From positions 115,878,001 to 115,942,000 of the forward strand of contig OX597823.1 of assembly GCA_951406725.2 (NCBI GenBank): a DNA stretch of 64,000 bases. Direction: 5' to 3'. This document shows, piece after piece, positions 56,200 through 64,000 of the stretch (its first letter is position 1; every line of letters begins with the position of its first letter). The stretch is from Octopus vulgaris. Its lineage: Eukaryota. Both the position numbers and the translations under genes were made by a program. The notes beneath the pieces were generated by a model that was not told the DNA's origin, made no database searches, and worked only from the letters and a program-made list of their open reading frames with translations.

Positions 56200-56759
56200 G
56201 CATATGTGTGTCTGTATGCACATGTACATATGTTTCCTCTCCCTCCGCCCTCTCCTTATCTGATTTCAAAAAATGTCAACTTCATTTTAGTCGTTAGTGT
56301 GTTCTGAAGACAATAGCCCTAAAACAGTAACCTACGGTCAATATCTCGAAGACAATATCCTGAAGCTAGATAACTGTTTTGTATGTTAATGCAACATTTA
56401 CAACACATACATAGACACTCCAACATCCCCCCTCCCCCACACACACACATGTGCACATATATACTAGGACATGTCTGTGTCTATTAGCATACATTTTACA
56501 TGCATGTATGCATATTACTCTTTTACTCTTTTACTTGTTTCAGTCATTTGACTGCGGCTGTGCTGGAGCACCACCTTTAGTCAAGCAAATCAACCCCAGA
56601 AGTTATTCTTTGTAAGCTTAGTACTTATTCTATCGGTCTCTTTTGCTAAACCGCTAAGCTACGGGGACGTAAACACACCAGCATCAGCTGTCAAGTGATA
56701 TTGGGGGAACAAACACAGACACACAAACATATGCCCATACATACATATATATATATATT

Positions 56760-57155
56760 GTGGCACTCTGTCAGTTACGACGACGAGGGTTCCAGTTGAT
56801 CCGATCAACGGAACAACTTGCTTGTGAAATTAACATGCAAGCGGCTGAGTACTCCACAGACACGTGTACCCTTAACGTAGTCCTCGGGGAGATTCAGCGT
56901 GACACATAGTGTGACAAGGCTGGCCCTTCAAAATACAGATACAACAGAAACAGGAAGAAAGAGTGAGAGAAAGTTGTGGTGAAAGAGTACAGCAGGGTTT
57001 GCTACCACACACTGCCGGAGCCTCGTGGAGCTTTTGGTGTCTTTGCTCAATAAACACTCACAATGCCCAGTCTGGGAATCTAAACCTTGATCCTACAACC
57101 ATGAGTCCACTGCCCTGACCACTGAGACATCGTGCCTCTGAAATGTATGCCTCCA
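56760..57155 (-). mobile_element. tRNA-derived SINE (family C-like 5' half, different 3' half)
   Basis: The minus-strand head and caccacaactttctctcactct segment are shared with family C; the tail is distinct. Confidence 0.65.
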
Positions 57156-57600
57156 CAATACATGTGTGTGTATGTATACATACATACACATACACATACA
57201 TACATACATACATACATACATACATGAGTACATAAATATGTACGCATGTATGTACATATGTATTTATATTGGCCTGACCCATAGCTAGCAGATTACCCCT
57301 TGTTTGGGCTTTTGCTACTTCCGAGGTTCTGCTAGCAATGAAACATATGTAGCCTGGGTTTTATCCACTTCATTCTCTAATTTTGGACTTCTGTTTGCAT
57401 ACACTGCAACCCCAGTTACTAACCATTAGGGATAAAACAATATTTTTCGGTTATCGAACTTCAATATAGGCAAAATTTACAACCTTCTAAGTCAATAAAC
57501 TGCTGTTGTTCCTGATAGTTGTTTTTTTTCCTTACCTTCTGTGGACTGATTGAAGCTTACCATCTTCCTACACTTTGATCATTGGATCTTAACTTTACAT

Positions 57601-57632
<32 letters not shown>

Positions 57633-58111
57633 TTGTGTGTGTATGGGTGGGTGGGTGTATTTATGAATATATGTATATCATATTTTACTTGTTCAATGAC
57701 ATAATTAATATCATTGTATTTTGCTCAAGTTGTGCTAATTATGACACAATGATTTGCACACATCCCAAACATGTAAAAGACAAGTTTCTTAGCAGTTTCC
57801 TTTTTACCTGTTTCTCGATCAAGGCGCCGGTTGGCTAAAGATGATAGAAGGTGCCAACTTGCAGTGCTGCCATTCTGTGAGAATGAGCATAAATTCATAT
57901 GGCTGTAAACCTCACATATTATAATAAAAAGACAACCCCGTTACATTCTTTGGTGTTTGGTACAACATATGTACCAAAGTCAACCGTTACTTCCACCCAA
58001 AAACAAACCATAATTGGTTAAGCAAAAATGTGATTAACCTTTTGAAATAAATGTGCCATTGATACTGATAAATATACGACAAAATCAATCAACCTTTCTA
58101 TCTTTTTATTA

Positions 58112-58163
58112 ATCTATCTATTTATCTTTTTTCTGTCTATCTATCTATCTTTCTATCTTTTTT

Positions 58164-58214
<51 letters not shown>

Positions 58215-58284
58215 GTCTGTCTATCAATGTATCTACCTATCTATCTGTCTACCTATCTATCTGTCTACCTATCTATCTGTCTAC

Positions 58285-58334
<50 letters not shown>

Positions 58335-58555
58335 CTCTATCTGTCTGTCTGTCTGTCTATCTAGCTATCTATCTATCTATCTATCTATCTATCTGTCTAT
58401 CAATGTATCTACCTATCTATCTGTCTACCTATCTATCTGTCTACCTATCTATCTGTCTATCTATCTATCTATCTATCTATCTGTCTGTCTATCAATGTAT
58501 CTACCTATCTATCTGTCTACCTATCTCTCTGTCTATCTATCTATATGTCTGTCTG

Positions 58556-58598
<43 letters not shown>

Positions 58599-58603
58599 CT
58601 CTA

Positions 58604-58654
<51 letters not shown>

Positions 58655-58735
58655 GTCTGTCTTTATAATTATCTATCTATCTTTCTAATTATCTACCTAT
58701 CTATCTATCTATTTATCTCTCTGTCTATTTATCCA
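58112..58735. repeat. (TATC)n/(TGTC)n compound microsatellite with higher-order duplication
   Basis: Directly visible; the ctatcaatgtatctacc unit recurs three times. Confidence 0.95.
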
Positions 58736-59233
58736 TTCGTACATAGAGACAGACAGACACATACACATGCACACACATACATAGCAAGCCAGCCAACCAG
58801 TACAATAGAGGTAATCAACAACAACAACAGCAACAACCACGACAACAAAAATGATAAAGGTTAAAAGACAAAATACTGGATTTTTTTTGTATTTAACAAC
58901 AGACTAAATACTATTTCCAAGATTCTTAGAGCAGATTTTCTGTTTATCACAAAAAAATTTCCGAGGTGAGTAAGAATATGGAAATTTAAGTTCAAGCTAT
59001 AGAAATTTCTACCATGGAGCTTGTTGATTTTTATTTGTTTCCAGAGATATCTGCCTGTCTGTGTGTGTAGGTGGGTGTTGATTGGCTGGCTGGCTGGTTG
59101 GTTGATTGGTTGGTTGGTTGGTTGGTTTGTTCTCTTATATGTAAAATTTTACACTTACATGTTTAAAGTAATAAATTTGTGAATGTAAACTACAAACATA
59201 TTCATGTACATTTTTAATATGTGTTTGTGTGCA

Positions 59234-59297
<64 letters not shown>

Positions 59298-59304
59298 TAT
59301 ACAT

Positions 59305-59345
<41 letters not shown>

Positions 59346-59364
59346 GTATATATATATATATATA

Positions 59365-59749
59365 TCATCATCATCATCATCGTTTAGCGTCCGTTCTCCA
59401 TGCTAGCATGGGTTGGACGGTTCAACTGGGGTCTGTGAAGCTGGAAGGCTTCATCAGGCCCAGTCAGATCTGGCAGTGTTTCTACGGCTGGATGCCCTTC
59501 CTAGCGCCAACCACTCCGTGAGTGTAGTGGGTGCATTTTACGTGCCACCCGCACAGGTGCCAGACAGAGCTGGCAAACGGCCACGAACGGATGGTGCTTT
59601 TACGTGTCACCGGCATGGGGCCAGGCGAGGCTGGCAACGGACACGAATGGATGGTGCTTTTACGTGCCACCAACAGGGGGGCCAGACAGAGCTGGCAAAT
59701 GGCCACGAAACGGATGGTGCTTTTACGTGTCACCGGCACGGGGTCCAGG

Positions 59750-59750
<1 letters not shown>
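59365..59750 (-). mobile_element. Family D repeat with tandem subrepeats
   Basis: (CAT)n on the plus strand, then the family D body, then three atggtgcttttacgtg units. Confidence 0.78.
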
Positions 59751-59789
<39 letters not shown>

Positions 59790-59792
<3 letters not shown>

Positions 59793-60180
59793 GAGAATTG
59801 ATGAAAATACAAAAGACGAAGACAGGTGGTGTAGAAAACAAACAGATGTATTAGTATAACGCTCAGGGAATTGAAAAAGTCTTTTATGTTTCGAGCTTAC
59901 GCTCTTCTACAGAAAGGAACGCAGAAAGAAGCAAGGAGAGAAAAAAATGTGTGTAGTGGCTACCAATCTATCATGGAGACTGTTTTCAAACAGTTCAAAG
60001 GTTTCAGATGTTGTGGTGTATTGCAAGGATTTTTCATCAAAAGTAGAGTCCAGAGTAATCCATGGGTAGGAGAGGTGCAGCCGGAGTGTAAAAAGTCCAA
60101 AAGAGAATCCGTAAAGGGTAGAAAGGTAGAAAGTCCAGTGGAGAAGTTCGTGGGTGATGAGAGGAGTCCGGATCAACTAG
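59790..60180 (-). mobile_element. Family P terminal repeat plus probable upstream Penelope remnant
   Basis: 59790-59975 is the reverse complement of family P; the upstream part has only weak ORF-end similarity. Confidence 0.6.
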
Positions 60181-60533
60181 TGCAACCACGTGAGCGTGTG
60201 ATATGTGGGGAGAATTCTGTGTATATGCACGCATACTCACACACACACACACACACATGTATATGTGTGTGTCTGTGTGTCTGTGTATATAAGTCTGTAT
60301 ATATATATGTGAATATGTATGTAATTATGTGCTTGGCATTTGGCTTAGTGATTAGGATGTTGGACTCATGATTGTAAGATTGTGATTTGGATTCCTGGTC
60401 AAGGTGACATGTGTTCTTGAGCAAAACACTTCATTTCACATTGCTCAAGTCCACTCAGCCGGCAAAAATGAATAATCCTGCAATGGACCAGCATCCTGTC
60501 CAGGTGGAGAATACACATGTGATGGAAACCAGG

Positions 60534-60667
60534 TAACTAGCCTTAAGAATCTGTATGACTCGAAAAGGGCCTTTATCCCTTTTCTTTTATCTCTGTAATT
60601 ATGTACCAGTGCTTTTACATCAATGCCTGTATATACATATGGGTGCGAGTGTCTTTTATATTTCAAT

Positions 60668-60709
<42 letters not shown>

Positions 60710-61129
60710 TGATAAATAAAAATATATGCATACATACAAACATATATGTACGTACCTACATCTACATGTATATATACATGCATATATAAATAATTATACG
60801 TGAGTACAGGACACCACAATAAGACGTAGAAATGGGAAAAACAAAAAAAAACCCAAAAAACAAGAAAACAAAAAAACAAAAAACAAGAAAACGAAAAAAA
60901 CAGTTACAGGACGAGCTACACAAGGAAAAAACCCCCGTCATCAGCTGTAGCTAGTAGAGTCAAGCATAGTTTCGAAGGCAGAGACAGAACACTAATAACT
61001 AGCCTTAATAATCTGTATGACTCGAAAAGGGCCTTTATCCCTTTTCTTTTATCTCTGTAATTATGTAGCAGTGCTTTTACATCAATGCCTGTATATACAT
61101 ATGGGTGCGAGTGTCTTTTATATTTCAAT

Positions 61130-61160
<31 letters not shown>
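60534..61160 (+). repeat. Direct duplication of ~140 bp plus (TA)n (60534-60706 and 60996-61160) flanking a 290-bp insert
   Basis: taactagccttaa...ttcaattacatg(ta)n is present twice with 2 substitutions. Confidence 0.92.
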
Positions 61161-61162
61161 AC

Positions 61163-61590
61163 AAATTAATTGTTATCGCCATATTAATATGGCATTCTTA
61201 TAGAGACTTAGTAATTTTAATATTTCTATTATTGAAAACAAGTAGATGTATTCCACTGAAACTAGGTAAATAGAAACCTTCGAACAGAGACGTCAGTGGC
61301 GACACCTGCAGGTCTGACTGCACTACATTGACAAGGGGCAATACCCCGAAACGCGTCTGTAGCTGTTGGACTGGCAGTGTGAAGCGGCTGACCTCCCTTG
61401 TTCGAAGGTTATAATGGATACAGATCGTGTATCAATAGCTATCTTGATGGCGGTGGCCTCATGGAGCTGACCAGCGGCAGCGATTATTCTTATATCTATA
61501 AGAATGCCATATTAATATGGCGATAACAATTAATTTCCAGTAAACGCTGCCGTAATCTCTTTTATAGAGACTTAGTAATTTTAATATTTC

Positions 61591-61592
<2 letters not shown>
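61163..61592 (+). mobile_element. Short non-coding element with inverted and direct terminal repeats and a central hammerhead-like hairpin
   Basis: Inverted repeat 61163-61204 / 61495-61535; direct repeat 61199-61228 / 61563-61592; bounded by (TA)n on both sides. Confidence 0.75.
61323..61362 (+). ncRNA. Minimal type-I hammerhead ribozyme motif (mutated core)
   Basis: CTACA (stem I)-TTGACAA (consensus CTGANGA)-GGGG caata CCCC (stem II)-GAA-ACGCGT (palindromic stem III)-C (GTC site)-TGTAG (stem I'). Confidence 0.72.
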
Positions 61593-61657
<65 letters not shown>

Positions 61658-61658
61658 A

Positions 61659-61793
61659 AGGCGGCGAGCTGGCAGAAACGTTAGCATGCCAGGCGAAATG
61701 CTTACTGGTATAACGTCTGTCTGAATGTTCTGAGTTCAATTTCTGCCGAGGTTGTCTTTGCCTTTCATCTTTTCAGGGTCGATAAGTTAAGTA
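61659..61793 (+). mobile_element. SINE family B, 3'-truncated at the mariner insertion
   Basis: Head ggcggcgagctggcagaaacg through gataagttaagta. Confidence 0.8.
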
Positions 61794-61797
61794 TATA

Positions 61798-63089
61798 CGA
61801 GGGGCGTTCAATAAGTAATGCCTCTGACCCACTTGCAGTTGTTTGATCTAGATGAAAATTTACATGTGCAATTATTTATATCTCTATAGATTAGGTGGCA
61901 AATTACAGCTCTGAACTAATTGTGGTTTCTGATTTACAGGCGTTTGAACTGAGTCAAGTGTGAAATGGAGCCTGTTGAGTGTCGAGCAGTGATCCGGTTT
62001 TTGTATTTGAAAGGACGCACACCTCGGGAGACTTTTGATGAAATGAAAGTAACTTATGGTAATGATGCCCCATCATATGACCTTGTAAAACACTGGCATC
62101 GTGAATTCAATGATGGTTGGAACTCTGTGGAAACAGCTCCCAGACATGGTCGCCCCTCTTCTGCCATTGATGAGGCATCTGTCCGTCAAGTTGAGGCTGC
62201 CATTTTGGAAGATCGACGCATAACTATTCGCCAAATAGCCCATGAGGTCAAGTTTAGTACAGGGTCTGTGGAAACTATCATTCATGACCATTTGCATATG
62301 CAAAAGGTGTCTGCTAGATGGATTCCCAGGTTGCTCACACCTTTCCAGAAGCAAGAACGCGTCGAGTGCTCGAGGGTGAATTTGGAGATGTGCCAAGAAG
62401 ATGAGTCAAAATTTTTCAAAAGACTGATTACACAGGATAAAACCTGGGTCCATCACTATGATCCAGAGACCAAAGCCCAGTCAATGCAGTGGAAGCACCG
62501 TGACTCACCTCCTCCAAAGAAGGCAAGGGTGCAGCCCTCCGCTGGCAAGGTCATGCTCACAGTCTTCTGGGACCAGGACGGAGTAGTGATGACAAATTTC
62601 CTGGCAAAGGGTACCACAATTACAGGAGCCTATTATGTTTCACTTTTGAGGAAATTAAGAGAAGCTATCAAAATCAAGAGGCGGGGCAAGATCAGCAAAG
62701 GCATCCTCCTCCTGCAGGACAACGTTCCGGTCTACAACTCGCGTGTCGCCAGATCAGAAGCACAGGTGTGCGGCTATGAACTCCTCCCCCATCCCCCTAC
62801 TCTCCTGACCTTGCACCCTCTGATTTTCACCTCTTCCCAGCCATGAAGTTGTTTTTGAAAGGAAAGCGTTTCCCAGATGATGCAGCCTTGATTTCTGAAG
62901 TCACGTCGTGGTTGGAGGACCAAGCTGGGGTCTTCTACAAAAACGGTCTCCAGAGTTACATCAAACGATGGGAGAAATGTGTAACTCTGAGTGGTTCCTA
63001 TGTAGAAAAAGACTAATAACTGTGCCAAGTTTCGTTGCTCTACTGCTATGGGAAGTGGGTCAGGGGCATTACTTATTGAACGCCCCTCG
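61798..63089 (+). mobile_element. Mariner (DD34D, irritans/Hsmar2-like) transposon, full length (1292 bp)
   Basis: Perfect 25-bp TIRs CGAGGGGCGTTCAATAAGTAATGCC extending further inward, TA on both sides, and a transposase ORF inside. Confidence 0.96.
61965..63016 (+). pseudogene. Mariner transposase with a single frameshift near 62793-62797
   Basis: WIPRLLT, TQDKTW, LQDNVPVY. Adding one C to the C5 run restores HPPYSPDLAPSDFHLF...KRWEKCVTLSGSYVEKD* (stop at 63014-63016). Confidence 0.92.
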
Positions 63090-64000
63090 TATGTATATTA
63101 ACAGTAAATAATCCATTAAAATTTAACAATATTATTGTAAAGCAAAAACACGAGTTATCATATTGATGAAAACCAGTTAAAAGAAATTTTAAACTTTAAA
63201 CTTACAATGTAGCATTGTAAAAAAAATCTCGTTAAACATGATATAAACAATAAATATACAATAAATAAATAAATAAATAGATATATGTATTTAACTAAAT
63301 GTGATGTAATATACCATTTACGGGGAAAAATTCTAAATTCTCAATAATTTAAAACGACATGTAAAAATGTGAAATTAATTAAATGTCCATAAATTAATAT
63401 ACATTCTTCAATTACTTTTATTAATCCCTTAGTTTAAAACTTATCCTAGTTATGTTCATACGCTACATAACCTACAACTAATTTATACTCATTATAATAC
63501 TACATAATACAACTACATAAACTAATAAATTAATAACATAAATCAAGTTATATATATTCACAAATTATCTAAACTTATTATATTAGTAATTCGACCTATG
63601 TCTACATTTAATTTTCCTCTCATCTCGGAAATTAATCAATTGTTTTTTACATTGTAATATCTCCATAAATTCATTTGTACATAGTAAACAAAAATTATTA
63701 CCTATTCGATAAGATTTAGCTTTACAAACTATCTCCCATTTTAAATTATACTTAATTCCTTTAGATTTTAATTCCTATATATATTTGCTAAGGCCGGAAG
63801 AATTAATCAATGTTTTATTCTTAAACGAGTGCACGTGTCAATTTAATTTTATTAGACATCGGCCCCACGTAAATCGATTTTATTTTTTAACTATTCCTAT
63901 TAATATTATCATCTATCAGAGTCACTACGCATTTATATACTATATCAGCCAAGTTACATTTATTTTTAAATTTACATTTCGTCTTATCTCTACATGTGCA

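Noticed and set aside
58403-58864. 153-aa SIYL-repeat ORF
   Set aside because: Translation of (TATC)n.
59530-59750. CRISPR-like repeat/spacer array
   Set aside because: The spacers are homologous to each other, the array is part of repeat family D, the context is eukaryotic and there are no cas genes.

Overview
AT-rich, microsatellite-dense eukaryotic genomic DNA. The SINE repertoire suggests a cephalopod, probably Octopus; this is an inference from recalled repeat families. Only one host coding exon is recognisable: 4025-4154 (+), encoding QERRLDLVTITHP...VFITARVHPGETPSSFVCQG of a cytosolic carboxypeptidase most like AGBL4/CCP6. The remaining ~60 kb reads as intron filled with transposon debris. 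This includes three full-length Tc1/mariner elements (one DD37D maT-type and two DD34D mariners, one a single frameshift from an open ORF), TA-flanked MITEs, a 410-bp non-autonomous Helitron and at least four SINE-like families with clear TSDs and nesting. It also holds fragments of CRE, R4/Dong-like and RTE LINEs, another CCHC-knuckle LINE, and Penelope-like elements. The most interesting signal is a set of minimal hammerhead-ribozyme-like motifs in several unrelated short repeats inserted in (TA)n tracts. The best is a type-I fold at 61323-61362, at the tip of a long rod-like hairpin, inside a ~430-bp non-coding element with interleaved inverted and direct terminal repeats. All these cores deviate from consensus, so activity is unproven. 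Most ORFs in the supplied track are microsatellite or SINE artefacts.
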